This document shows positions 17,346-26,000 of a stretch of 64,000 bases of DNA, piece after piece. The stretch is from Edaphobacter sp. (lineage in GTDB: Bacteria > Acidobacteriota > Terriglobia > Terriglobales > Acidobacteriaceae). Numbering within the stretch: position 1 is the first letter of the stretch; the number at the start of each line of letters is the position of its first letter. Location: contig CBDIDK010000001.1 in the NCBI GenBank assembly GCA_965277575.1, positions 177,622-241,621 on the forward strand, given 5' to 3'. Both the position numbers and the translations under genes were made by a program. The notes beneath the pieces were generated by a model. The model was not told the DNA's origin. It saw nothing but the letters and a program-made list of their open reading frames with translations, and did no database searches.

Positions 17346-18950
17346 TTGGGCCTTTCGATAGCTTGGAGGAGTTCGGTCACCACTCGCGCGGCAAGCGCTG
17401 GATTGGTTTTGATTGTGCTGGGCGCAACTGCGGCGCCCTTGCTTACACACGCGCAGGCCGTAGAGCAGCGGCAGCGTGGGACGGGAGAGCCCGGACCGCG
17501 GCCGGAGGAGCAGAGCGTTCCGATTCCGCCGGAGACGAGCTCGGTGACCAAGCATGACTGGAGCGCAGGCGGCCAGACGATCCACTACACAGCGACCGCG
17601 GGCAACCTGCTGATACGCGATGAGAAGGACAAGGTGAACGGCAGCATCTTCTATGTGGCTTATACGGAAGATGGTGTGGACGCGAAAAGCCGTCCGGTCA
17701 CGTTTGTCTATAACGGCGGCCCTGGGTCGGCGACGATATGGCTTCACATGGGTTCGCTGGGACCTGTGCGTGTGGTGACACAGAGTCCGGAGGCTACTGG
17801 CCCTGCGCCGTTCGAATGGGTGCAGAACCAGTACAGTCTGCTCGACAAGAGCGACCTGGTTTTTATTGATGCGCCTCTGACAGGATTTTCGCGGGCCGTA
17901 GGGAAGGGAACCGCGAAGGACTTTGCCGGCACCGATCAGGACATCCATGCGTTTGAGAAATTTATCGTTCGGTACATCACGGCAAACCAGCGTTGGAATT
18001 CGCCTAAATTCCTATTTGGGGAGTCGTATGGAACGACTCGATCGGCGGGGCTGGTAAGTGCGCTCCAAAACGACGGCATCGAGTTCAACGGGGTGACGCT
18101 GCTGTCCTCGATTCTGAACTACAACCGGCGCAATCCCGGGCTTGATTACGAGGCGATCGGCTATATCCCTTCGTTTGCGGCGATCGCGTATCACTACCAC
18201 AAGGTCAAAACGAGCCTGAGCATGGCGGAGTGGGTGCAGCAGGCGCGGGTTTTTGCGCGCGGACCCTATACCGAGGCGCTGCAGCAGGGGGATGTGCTGC
18301 CGCCGGCGGAGTTCGATGCGATGGCGGCGAAGGTGGCGGCGATCACCGGGTTAAGCGTGGAGTACGTGAAGGAATCGAAGCTGCGCATCTCCGCGACCCG
18401 GTTCCGCAAGGAACTGCTGCGCGGCGATGAGCGAATTCTGGGCCGGTACGATGCCCGGTTCGAAGGCTGGGACCCGGATGCGGCAGGGGAGTATCCGGGG
18501 TACGATCCGTCGGACACCGGAATCAGCGGCGTGTATGTCGGTGCGTTTCATGACTATATCCAGAAGGAGCTGAAGTATATGAGCCAGGAGCCTTATTACC
18601 TTTCGGGGCCCGGGCTCAATCAGAATTGGGATTTCAAACATCGCGCATCTGGCGGCGGAATGGGGCGCATGGCAGAGCAGACGGCTCCGGATGTGGCGGT
18701 GGACTTGTCGGATGCTATGCGGAAGAATCCCAGGCTGCGAGTGTTTTCGGCCAATGGGTACTTCGATCTGGCTACGCCTTTCTTTGCGACTGAGTACGAT
18801 CTCAGCCACATGGATCTGCCGGCGAAGCTGCTGGGGAATGTCCAGTTTGGCTATTATCCTGCCGGCCATATGGTGTATCTGAACGTCGATGCGCTGAAAG
18901 AATTGAAGGGGGATATGGTGAAGTTCTATGCGGAGGCTCAGCAGCGCTAA
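17346..18950 (+). CDS. secreted S10-family serine carboxypeptidase
   Basis: TTG start with a signal peptide ending THAQA. GGPGSA motif, catalytic-Ser motif GESYG, Asp region NGYFDLATP, catalytic His in PAGHMVY. Confidence 0.8.
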   Translation: MGLSIAWRSSVTTRAASAGLVLIVLGATAAPLLTHAQAVEQRQRGTGEPGPRPEEQSVPIPPETSSVTKHDWSAGGQTIHYTATAGNLLIRDEKDKVNGSIFYVAYTEDGVDAKSRPVTFVYNGGPGSATIWLHMGSLGPVRVVTQSPEATGPAPFEWVQNQYSLLDKSDLVFIDAPLTGFSRAVGKGTAKDFAGTDQDIHAFEKFIVRYITANQRWNSPKFLFGESYGTTRSAGLVSALQNDGIEFNGVTLLSSILNYNRRNPGLDYEAIGYIPSFAAIAYHYHKVKTSLSMAEWVQQARVFARGPYTEALQQGDVLPPAEFDAMAAKVAAITGLSVEYVKESKLRISATRFRKELLRGDERILGRYDARFEGWDPDAAGEYPGYDPSDTGISGVYVGAFHDYIQKELKYMSQEPYYLSGPGLNQNWDFKHRASGGGMGRMAEQTAPDVAVDLSDAMRKNPRLRVFSANGYFDLATPFFATEYDLSHMDLPAKLLGNVQFGYYPAGHMVYLNVDALKELKGDMVKFYAEAQQR

Positions 18951-19049
18951 GATTCGACCGCGGATTGCACGGTTGTCGAGCAGGAATCGGAAAGTTTTTT
19001 GATTTTTGACTGGGTGGGCGCACGGAGCGGACGGTGCGGATAGCTCCGC

Positions 19050-19078
19050 TTGCTTTGTGCATCTAAGTGTCCTAGAAT
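19050..19078 (+). promoter_or_regulatory. sigma-70-like promoter candidate (TTGCTT-17 nt-TAGAAT)
   Basis: -35 TTGCTT at 19050-19055, an exact 17-nt spacer, and -10 TAGAAT at 19073-19078. Located 85 nt upstream of the small ORF. A 7-bp hairpin (AGATATC/GATATCT, 19087-19106) sits in the predicted leader. Confidence 0.4.
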
Positions 19079-19162
19079 GATAGTTAAGATATCTTTTCGG
19101 ATATCTGCGGCCCGTTGTGAACAGGTGCGGAAGACTATCAAAACAAAGAGGTATAGATAAAG

Positions 19163-19390
19163 ATGGCGAAACGTCGTGGTAATCCCAATTGGGGCAAGCC
19201 TGAGCCGATAGGGCCGGTTGTCCCGACAGTGACATCGTTTGAGCAGGTTGTGAAAGAATTCAAGTTGACGCCAGACCAGTACATTCGTTCGACCAGGCTT
19301 CGCGAATGGGCCCGGCGGAACAAGAATTCAAAGTATATTCCCGAGGCGCTGCTGGAGGCCTGGGGCTTCGAGATTGAGTCGACCCTGTAG
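19163..19390 (+). CDS. small basic hypothetical protein (75 aa)
   Basis: ATG preceded by AGAGG. N-terminus MAKRRGNPNWGKPEP. Has its own promoter candidate and a strong terminator. No family recognised. Confidence 0.5.
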   Translation: MAKRRGNPNWGKPEPIGPVVPTVTSFEQVVKEFKLTPDQYIRSTRLREWARRNKNSKYIPEALLEAWGFEIESTL

Positions 19391-19412
19391 GTTCTCGCCT
19401 GACACATAAGAA

Positions 19413-19443
19413 GAGCCGCCCTCACTGGGCGGTTTTTCTTTTT
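19413..19443 (+). terminator. intrinsic terminator
   Basis: Stem AGCCGCCC/GGGCGGTT with a 5-nt loop, followed by TTTTTCTTTTT. Located 23 nt after the small-ORF stop. Confidence 0.7.
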
Positions 19444-19497
19444 GCGACGCAGGTAGGATGGGATACGTCGAAAGAGATGCTGGCGGAAGGGGGCGCG

Positions 19498-20643
19498 ATG
19501 TTTGCTGAGGTGATGGAGGCAGTTGCGGAGATTCGGGCGGGGCGGATGGTCGTGGTCGTCGACGACGAGGACCGCGAAAATGAAGGCGACCTGACCTTGG
19601 CGGCGGAGTTTGTGACGCCGGAGGCCATCAACTTCATGGCGAAGTTCGGCCGGGGACTGATCTGCCTGACGCTTACGGAGGAGCGCGCGGACTATCTGCG
19701 CCTTGGTCCGATGACGCAGGAGAACACATCCCGGTTCGGAACGGCGTTTACCGAGAGCATCGAAGCGCGGGAGGGCGTGACGACAGGAATTTCGGCGGCA
19801 GATCGATCCCATACCATCAGGGTGGCCATCGATTCCAGCTCCGCGGCTTATGATCTGGCACGGCCCGGGCACGTGTTTCCGCTGCGGGCTCGCAAGGGTG
19901 GCGTACTGGTGCGGGCAGGGCAGACAGAGGCTTCAGTCGACCTGGCGCGGATGGCGGGGCTGGTTACGGCGGGGGTCATCTGCGAGATCATGAATGATGA
20001 CGGCACCATGGCGCGGGTGCCGGATTTGGTTAAATTCTGCGAAGAGCATGGGCTGAAGATGGTGACCGTCGCCGATCTCATCCGGTATCGGCTGCAGCAC
20101 GAGCGATATATTCGCCGTGTTGCGGAGTCGCTGATACCTACGGCGCATGGCGAGTTCCGGATGATTGCTTACGAGAGCGAGGTTGAGGGTGGCGAGTCGC
20201 ATGTTGCTCTCGTATATGGAGATGTGACGGGTGAGGAACCAATACCGGTCAGGGTGCATACGCATTGCCTGGCGGGCGATGTCTTTTCGACGACGCTCTG
20301 CGACTGCAGGGCGGTTGTGGAAAGTTCACTGAGAATGATTGCGGAGGCTGGGCTCGGGGCGCTGGTGTATCTCCACAATGGGACTGCCGGCTTTGGCATC
20401 GATCATGCCGTGACGCCGGGGCGTATTGTGCTGCACCGGGAGCAGCGGACGCGTGAGGGAAGCGACGAACGCGCACACCGGACGCTGCGGCAGGTTGGTC
20501 TGGGCGGGCAGATTCTGTCCGATCTTGGGATTCACAAGATCCGACTGCTTACCAACACTCCGACGCATGTACCGGCGCTGCAAGGGTTTGGCATCGAAAT
20601 CGTAGAACAGGTGCCGGTGCCGATCGGGGTAGTTCGGCGGTAG
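19498..20643 (+). CDS. ribBA: 3,4-dihydroxy-2-butanone-4-phosphate synthase fused to a GTP cyclohydrolase II-like domain
   Basis: Canonical RibB core ([23 protein letters not shown]). C-terminal RibA-like domain with the Zn cysteines ([15 protein letters not shown]) but a divergent middle part. Start is at ATG 19498 (GGAAGGGGG RBS); the alternative is 19477. Confidence 0.85.
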   Translation: MFAEVMEAVAEIRAGRMVVVVDDEDRENEGDLTLAAEFVTPEAINFMAKFGRGLICLTLTEERADYLRLGPMTQENTSRFGTAFTESIEAREGVTTGISAADRSHTIRVAIDSSSAAYDLARPGHVFPLRARKGGVLVRAGQTEASVDLARMAGLVTAGVICEIMNDDGTMARVPDLVKFCEEHGLKMVTVADLIRYRLQHERYIRRVAESLIPTAHGEFRMIAYESEVEGGESHVALVYGDVTGEEPIPVRVHTHCLAGDVFSTTLCDCRAVVESSLRMIAEAGLGALVYLHNGTAGFGIDHAVTPGRIVLHREQRTREGSDERAHRTLRQVGLGGQILSDLGIHKIRLLTNTPTHVPALQGFGIEIVEQVPVPIGVVRR

Positions 20644-20669
20644 TTTTGACGCAAAAAGTCTCGTCGTGG

Positions 20670-20707
20670 CAACGGGAGGGGATCTGTGCCCGTTGTATGG
20701 GTTTTTG
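20670..20707 (+). terminator. possible intrinsic terminator after ribBA
   Basis: 7-bp stem CAACGGG/CCCGTTG with a 12-nt loop, followed by TATGGGTTTTTG. Confidence 0.35.
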
Positions 20708-20930
20708 AAGGGGTGTTTTGGGAAACAGCGCTGCAGGAGCGTGGTTTTAAGTGGTGAAGTTGTGGTGGAGTATGGCGAAGACATGGCCATCCGGATAACG
20801 CGGTTTGCCAGATAGGAAATACGCCATGGTTCAGCATTTATTTCAGTCGCCTTGGCAACTCCGAGAGAGGCCCCACATTCCGTTTCTGGAAAGTGGGGCC
20901 TCGGGGCACAACGGAGTTGGAATAGCGACG

Positions 20931-21629
20931 CTACCTGCCTGAGCGGGCGCTGGCGTGGAACAGCTCCGATACAGTCTGGACGAAGTGCTGTGCCGAAGCA
21001 GGGGTGGGGACGCCACCGCTGAGGATTGTCTCGTACGGGATGTCCTTGCCGCCGTAGTAGGCGCGGGTGTCTTCCTGATTCTGGTTGACGACATCGCCAG
21101 TCAGGTCCACACCGGCAAAGAGACCCTTGCTGCGGGAGTAGGTCAGGAACGCCGCATTGGCCGTGTCTGTTGTCGATGCCTGCGAATTACGGCCTACCGG
21201 ACCGGCCGCTACGGCCACGTCTCCACCCAGCTTGACCTTGTCGTGGAGCAGGCGCTGAAAGGCGTCATGGGTGGTGCCGACCAGAACGAGATCGGTAGAC
21301 TGGCCGCCGATCTGGAGGCCGAAGCTGGCTCCGGTGAGCTGGATGAAGGCGGGAGCGCTCCAGCCATGCCCAGTGCGGCATGAGACGACGCCCTGGCCGT
21401 ATTGGCCCCCGACCAGGAAGGCGCCTTTCTTGAATCCGGGGATGACGGCTACGCAGGTGGCCTTCGCGGCAATGTCGTCGGGGATGCCTTTGTCGGGGGT
21501 GGCCATCAGCTCGTGGAGGACTGCGTGAGCCGCTTCAATGCGCTGGTCAAGCTTCGCTGTGTCGGCTGCGTGTGCGGCCAGGGTCAAGGATACAGAGATG
21601 CAGGCTACCTGAATGAACTTCTTCACCAT
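20931..21629 (-). CDS. secreted SYLF (Ysc84/DUF500) lipid-binding-domain protein
   Basis: ATG at 21629 with an AAGGAGAAG RBS. Signal peptide MVKKFIQVACISVSLTLAAHA. SYLF-like core (GFKKGAFLVGGQYGQG ... LGGDVAVAAGPVGR ... YSRSKGLFAGV). The ORF-track 5' extension runs into the repeat element and is spurious. Confidence 0.75.
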   Translation of the reverse strand: MVKKFIQVACISVSLTLAAHAADTAKLDQRIEAAHAVLHELMATPDKGIPDDIAAKATCVAVIPGFKKGAFLVGGQYGQGVVSCRTGHGWSAPAFIQLTGASFGLQIGGQSTDLVLVGTTHDAFQRLLHDKVKLGGDVAVAAGPVGRNSQASTTDTANAAFLTYSRSKGLFAGVDLTGDVVNQNQEDTRAYYGGKDIPYETILSGGVPTPASAQHFVQTVSELFHASARSGR

Positions 21630-21717
21630 CGAACTTCTCCTTTTGTGCCACGATCTTGTGCGTAGCCACCGTGTGTAGTGCGATGCATGTGCAATGGGCA
21701 CAGTTGTGCAGGCCGGG

Positions 21718-21888
21718 GATTCGGCCACGGATTTGCACGGATGAGTTGGATTGAGAACAGGCAAAGACCAAAAAGGCGAAATACAGGGGTCCCTTCGGCA
21801 AGCTCAGTGCAGGCTCTTCACTGCGTTCAGGATGACGGCGAAAAACAAACAACAGCAGAGAAAGCCTACAGTGTCAGTTTTTAGACAG
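21718..21888 (+). repeat. repeat element copy 1 (left end missing), MITE-like
   Basis: ~95% identical to 22351-22524. Ends with TCAGTTTTTAGACAG, the exact reverse complement of the 15-mer at 22335-22349. Confidence 0.85.
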
Positions 21889-22031
21889 ATTATAAGAGGG
21901 GATCGGATACTCCTATCGGGTCACGATTCGACTATACATAATATGTGTTATCGGACATAAGAAGTGCAGAGCTTCCTGAATACCCGGCGCTATTGAATTG
22001 TGGTAGCCTCAAAAAGGTTCGCGGAAGATGC

Positions 22032-22121
22032 GGAGAGATGGCAGAGTGGTTGAATGTACCGCCTTGGAAAGGCGGCATACTCGAAAGGGTATCCAGGGTT
22101 CGAATCCCTGTCTCTCCGCCA
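22032..22121 (+). tRNA. tRNA-Ser (anticodon GGA), CCA encoded
   Basis: Acceptor stem GGAGAGA/TCTCTCC. Anticodon stem CCGCC/GGCGG with loop TTGGAAA (GGA). Long class-II variable arm. T-arm CAGGG-TTCGAAT-CCCTG. Discriminator G plus CCA. Confidence 0.95.
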
Positions 22122-22334
22122 CAATCCTATACGGAAATTATTTAGGTATTTACTCGCGAGCACCTGCCATGTAGTCGCCGTAAGGATTCGCATCATCGGC
22201 TCATCGTCCCGCGGATCGGCGGATACTTGTCCTGTACGACCGCGACCGGCAATACGTCGGAGTCTAAAACTACCTGGCCTCGCTCTATCACCTACAAGCA
22301 GATCATCCTGAAGCTGGCCCAGGTTTCTTAGACG

Positions 22335-22524
22335 CTGTCTAAAAACTGAAGGGTTCGGCCACGGATTTGCACGGATGAGTTGGATTTGAGAACAGGCAAA
22401 GACCAAAAAGACGAAATACAGGGGTCCCTTCGGCAAGCTCAGGGCAGGCTCTTCACTGCGTTCAGGATGACGGCGAAAAACAAACAACAACAGAGACAGC
22501 CTACAGTGTCAGTTTTTTTGACAG
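22335..22524 (+). repeat. repeat element copy 2, full-length MITE-like unit with ~15-bp terminal inverted repeats
   Basis: Left end CTGTCTAAAAACTGA (22335-22349) and right end TCAGTTTTTTTGACAG (22509-22524) are near-perfect inverted repeats. The interior matches copy 1. There is no coding capacity beyond repeat-derived pseudo-ORFs. Confidence 0.8.
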
Positions 22525-22692
22525 ATTCTTAAGCACGAGCGGTAAGTGCGTGGACGCCTACGGCTTTCCAGATTGGCCGGCGAAGTGCGCTCAAGGGGTG
22601 TGGCTCTTCCCTGCCGCATCGTCACAAACAAAATATGCGCATAGCCGCAGAGCCTTCGTCGAGATAAGCGATTTATCCTTTGCTCTCCGGCT

Positions 22693-23757
22693 TCAGTTTC
22701 CCACCGTTGCATGTGCGCGGCGTACGAACGTCATGTCGTAGAAGCTCTTCGGGTCGATCGGCTGCTGGTATCCGATCAAGCCGAAGGCGCGCTGAGAGTT
22801 GATATTGTTCAGGACGTCTTTTTCCTTGACCAGGCTTTGCTCCGAGAAAGAGGGCCTCGTGTGCTCGATGCTCTTTACGAAGATGTACCGGTCCTGCACG
22901 AGCGAGGGTGGGAGCGCTTCGGTGATCTCCGCTGCGCTGTGAGTCGCGATAAAGCGATTCGCTCTTACGACAACGTTGACCATCTTCTGCACCAGGTCTG
23001 GACGGTTGACGATTGTGTCAGTCCGAGTCAGCAACCCGGTAAACTGATATCCACCCTGGAAGACTCTTTGCGTCTCTTCATAGGTCACGAGATCCAGAAG
23101 CAGGGATGAATCGCCGTCGACCAGCAGGCGAATCGCAGCGGGATCGGTCGTAATGATGGCATCGACCGTACCCTTTCTCACTGCATCCATCATGGGCTCG
23201 ACGCCTCCGAGTCCGACGAAGGTCACAGAGTCCATAGGCAAGCCGACCGAGCGCAGGATCGAGGCGGCGATGATGTGGGTTCCCGAGCCAAGGTTCGATA
23301 CGCCGATCCTGTGCCCCTTCAGGTCCTGGACTCGCCGGATCTGGGAGCGCAACTGGCGGCGCACGACCAGAGTGACCGCGGGCAGATCGGTGAAGGAGGC
23401 CACCATCTTCAACGGCCGGGCGTCATTCCTGGCCGCTACCGCATGATCGATCGAGTTCCCCGAGAAATCGGCGCGACCTTCTTCGAGCGCTTCGGCTACG
23501 TTTGGAGCTCCATTGAAATATTTGAACTCCGGGACAAGCTTTTCATCTTCGAAATAATGAAGAGCCTTGGCCAGGTCGAGCTGGAGATACATGATGTTGC
23601 CGCGAGGCGTGTTCCTCGCTATCACGACCCGCTGGTAGCGCTCATGCGGCTGCCGGCCCGCGCCGGATGCGGCACAGGCGCACCCTAGCAGGAACAGTAC
23701 GGGAAGGCAGATCCTTCTGAGTTTTCTTACCAAATCGGCAGACCTCGGGTAGTGCAT
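22693..23757 (-). CDS. lipoprotein, NMT1/SsuA/TauA-like ABC-type substrate-binding protein (orphan)
   Basis: Lipobox LLGC in the signal sequence (start ATG 23757). Type-2 periplasmic binding-protein pattern (GHRIGVSNLGSGTHIIA...). No permease or ATPase gene adjacent. Confidence 0.65.
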   Translation of the reverse strand: MHYPRSADLVRKLRRICLPVLFLLGCACAASGAGRQPHERYQRVVIARNTPRGNIMYLQLDLAKALHYFEDEKLVPEFKYFNGAPNVAEALEEGRADFSGNSIDHAVAARNDARPLKMVASFTDLPAVTLVVRRQLRSQIRRVQDLKGHRIGVSNLGSGTHIIAASILRSVGLPMDSVTFVGLGGVEPMMDAVRKGTVDAIITTDPAAIRLLVDGDSSLLLDLVTYEETQRVFQGGYQFTGLLTRTDTIVNRPDLVQKMVNVVVRANRFIATHSAAEITEALPPSLVQDRYIFVKSIEHTRPSFSEQSLVKEKDVLNNINSQRAFGLIGYQQPIDPKSFYDMTFVRRAHATVGN

Positions 23758-23822
23758 TATATGATGTTGGCACACGGTGGTCTCATCCATGTCCTTCCCG
23801 CACTAAAGGTCGCTGAGCGCCT

Positions 23823-24497
23823 ATGCGCATTCTCCAAGTTGAAGACGAACCCAGGGCGGCGCAGATTCTTGCCAAGGGACTGCGCGACCAGGGCTTCGCC
23901 GTCGATCTTGCCTCGGACGGGGACGACGCACTCTACAAGATCGCTGTGAATGCTTACGACCTGGTCATCCTGGACCTCGTGCTGCATGGCCGGGACGGCT
24001 TCAGTGTGTGCAAGAGCATACGCGGAGATGGACATACCTTTCCCGTCCTCATGCTGACAGCACGCGACGCGGTGCAGGACCGGGTTCGCGGCCTGGACTG
24101 CGGGGCGGATGACTATCTCACCAAGCCGTACGAGTACACCGAACTGCTGGCGCGGATTCGCGCTTTGTTACGCCGGGGCGTCGTAGCCTATTTCGAAGGT
24201 TTCGAAGTCGCCGATCTGCGGATCGATACAGGCGGCCGAAACGTAACTCGCGGCGGACAGCGGATTTCGCTGACGGCGAAGGAGTACTCCATACTCGAGT
24301 ATCTTGCGCGAAACCAGAGGCGCCTGGTCTCTCGTGAAGAGCTCTCGGAGCACGTCTGGGATGAGAACTTCGATGTGTTTTCCAATGTCATCGACGTCTA
24401 CATCCTGCGGCTGAGGCGAAAGATCGATGCGGGACATGAGTTGAAACTGCTGCGAACCCGCAGAGGCGAAGGGTATGAACTCACACCTGAAGCCTAA
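23823..24497 (+). CDS. OmpR/PhoB-family response regulator
   Basis: Receiver domain (MRILQVEDE ... LVILDLVLHGRDG) and a winged-helix output domain (LTAKEYSILEYLARN ... VIDVYILRLRRKI). Confidence 0.9.
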   Translation: MRILQVEDEPRAAQILAKGLRDQGFAVDLASDGDDALYKIAVNAYDLVILDLVLHGRDGFSVCKSIRGDGHTFPVLMLTARDAVQDRVRGLDCGADDYLTKPYEYTELLARIRALLRRGVVAYFEGFEVADLRIDTGGRNVTRGGQRISLTAKEYSILEYLARNQRRLVSREELSEHVWDENFDVFSNVIDVYILRLRRKIDAGHELKLLRTRRGEGYELTPEA

Positions 24498-25932
24498 GCA
24501 TACGCTGCTGAGTTCCATGCTGCTGCGCCTGACCGTCTGGCACTTCCTCGTGCTCTCCCTGTTCACCGTGGTCCTCAGCGTCGTCGTCTACAGCTTGCTT
24601 GCAAGTAACTCGTATGCTCAGACCGATGGGGTGCTGACTTCACTGGACAGCGCCGCGGTCGATCTGCTGAGAAACGGATTGAGTGAGAGCGGGCTTGACG
24701 AACTGGCAGCGCGGGATGCCGTCCGGATACTCAGATTTCGAGAATATACACTTGCGATCTACGATTCCTACGGAAACCTGCTGGCGGAAAGACCGGCAGG
24801 TTTGAATGCCCAGGTAATCACCACCAGTGCAATAACCGACGATGGGCAGGTACACCTTAAGACGACGAGCGACCAGGGAAGACAAGGTACGACGCGCCGG
24901 GTCGCTACGATCCGCATCACGCTTCGGCCGGTTGGGCGCACTTACATTGTTGTAGCGAGCAGGCCGTTCGATTCTCTTCTCGAACGGCTTGCCACCGGCC
25001 GCCGTATTCTTCTGGTTACGGTGCCGCTGGCGCTCTTTCTGGCTGGTACGGCGACCTGGTTCCTGACCCGAAAAAGCTTTGCGCCGGCTTTGCGAATGTC
25101 GGAGCAGGCGCTTCGCATGAGCGCGGAAAATCTGGACGAACGCTTTCAGACGAGCGGGTCGACAGGAGAGCTGGACCGGCTCGCGGCGAACTTCAACGAT
25201 CTCCTCGCGCGGCTGAGCTCCTCCTTCCACCAGCAACGCCGGTTCATGGCGGATGCCTCCCACGAGCTGCGCACGCCGGTATCCATCATCTGCAGCGCGG
25301 CATCCGTTACGCTCCAGCTTGCCGCGCCGACGACGGTGGACCTTCATGATTCCCTGCGCGTGGTTCAGCAGGAAGGCAGGAGGCTGACGCGAATCGTGGA
25401 GGATATGTTTTATCTTGCCCGCGCCGACAGCGGCGGACTTGTGCTGCAACGTACGCACTTCCACCTGGATGACCTCTTGCTTGAGACGGTCAGTTCGATT
25501 GGAATGCTTGCGTCCGCTAAGGGCGTTCGCATCGAGCTGGAATCGTTCGATGAATCCCCCGCATACGCGGATGAGGACCTGCTTCGCCGCGTGTTCATCA
25601 ACCTGATGGCCAACGCCGTAAAGTATTCGCCGGTCGAAGGCCGCATCTTTGTGCGCCTGGAGCGCAGTGCGGACAGATATAAAGTCTCGATCCGGGATAC
25701 CGGCCCCGGGATCAGCCCGCACGATCAATTCAAGATATTCGACCGGTTCTACCGCGTGCAGCAGGATACGGCTCACGAGGACAGGGACTCGGGCCTGACC
25801 GGGGGGGCCGGGCTGGGGCTGCCCATAGCCCGCATGATCGCGGAGGTCCACGGTGGCAGCGTTCGGCTGGAAGACTCCAGCGAGCGTGGAAGCGTGTTCG
25901 TTTCGATACTGCCGATACTCGCCCGGGCCTGA
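24475..25932 (+). CDS. sensor histidine kinase (2 TM, periplasmic loop, HAMP, HisKA, HATPase)
   Basis: H-box ASHELRTP, N-box NLMANAVKY, G1 DTGPGI, G2 GGAGLGLPIA. Overlaps the regulator 3' end by 23 nt; an alternative start is at 24517. Confidence 0.9.
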   Translation: MNSHLKPKHTLLSSMLLRLTVWHFLVLSLFTVVLSVVVYSLLASNSYAQTDGVLTSLDSAAVDLLRNGLSESGLDELAARDAVRILRFREYTLAIYDSYGNLLAERPAGLNAQVITTSAITDDGQVHLKTTSDQGRQGTTRRVATIRITLRPVGRTYIVVASRPFDSLLERLATGRRILLVTVPLALFLAGTATWFLTRKSFAPALRMSEQALRMSAENLDERFQTSGSTGELDRLAANFNDLLARLSSSFHQQRRFMADASHELRTPVSIICSAASVTLQLAAPTTVDLHDSLRVVQQEGRRLTRIVEDMFYLARADSGGLVLQRTHFHLDDLLLETVSSIGMLASAKGVRIELESFDESPAYADEDLLRRVFINLMANAVKYSPVEGRIFVRLERSADRYKVSIRDTGPGISPHDQFKIFDRFYRVQQDTAHEDRDSGLTGGAGLGLPIARMIAEVHGGSVRLEDSSERGSVFVSILPILARA

Positions 25933-25953
25933 GCAGCGCCCGTGACTTCCATC

Positions 25954-26000
25954 CCGGATGGACACAGGCTCCAGATGAACACATATCCCAGATGAACACA
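25954..26000 (+). repeat. three direct 13-mer repeats at an exact 17-bp period (CCGGATGGACACA / CCAGATGAACACA / CCAGATGAACACA)
   Basis: Copies start at 25954, 25971 and 25988. They lie 22 nt after the kinase stop and ~150 nt upstream of the M20-TBDR-esterase genes. Confidence 0.8.

Noticed and set aside
18951-19497. Looked for an FMN (RFN) riboswitch upstream of ribBA.
   Set aside because: No RFN core segments (GGTGAAATTCC-, CCGACGGT- or AGTCCGGATG-like) could be found by eye. The gap between the terminator and ribBA is too short (~55 nt) to hold the ~140-nt element. A covariance-model scan would be definitive.
20867-20902. 10-bp-stem hairpin GAGGCCCCAC...GTGGGGCCTC downstream of the SYLF gene.
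   Set aside because: It could be a terminator for the minus-strand gene, but the loop is 16 nt and there is no U-tract on either strand. This is too weak to annotate.
21547-22490. ORFs 21547-21852 and 21990-22490 (minus strand) that share the peptide RHPERSEEPALSLPKGPLYF.
   Set aside because: The shared peptide is simply the translation of the two copies of the MITE-like repeat. The second ORF also runs antisense through the tRNA-Ser gene. Neither is protein-coding.
22032-22692. Possibility that the tRNA-Ser marks an integrated genomic island or prophage.
   Set aside because: No integrase gene is present. I could see no direct repeat of the tRNA 3' end downstream. The flanking genes (SYLF protein, SBP, two-component system) look like ordinary chromosomal genes.
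25954-26000. Considered whether the phased repeats could be a degenerate CRISPR or other array.
   Set aside because: There are only three units, with 13-bp repeats and 4-bp 'spacers', and no cas genes. This is incompatible with CRISPR, and an operator-type tandem repeat is more plausible.
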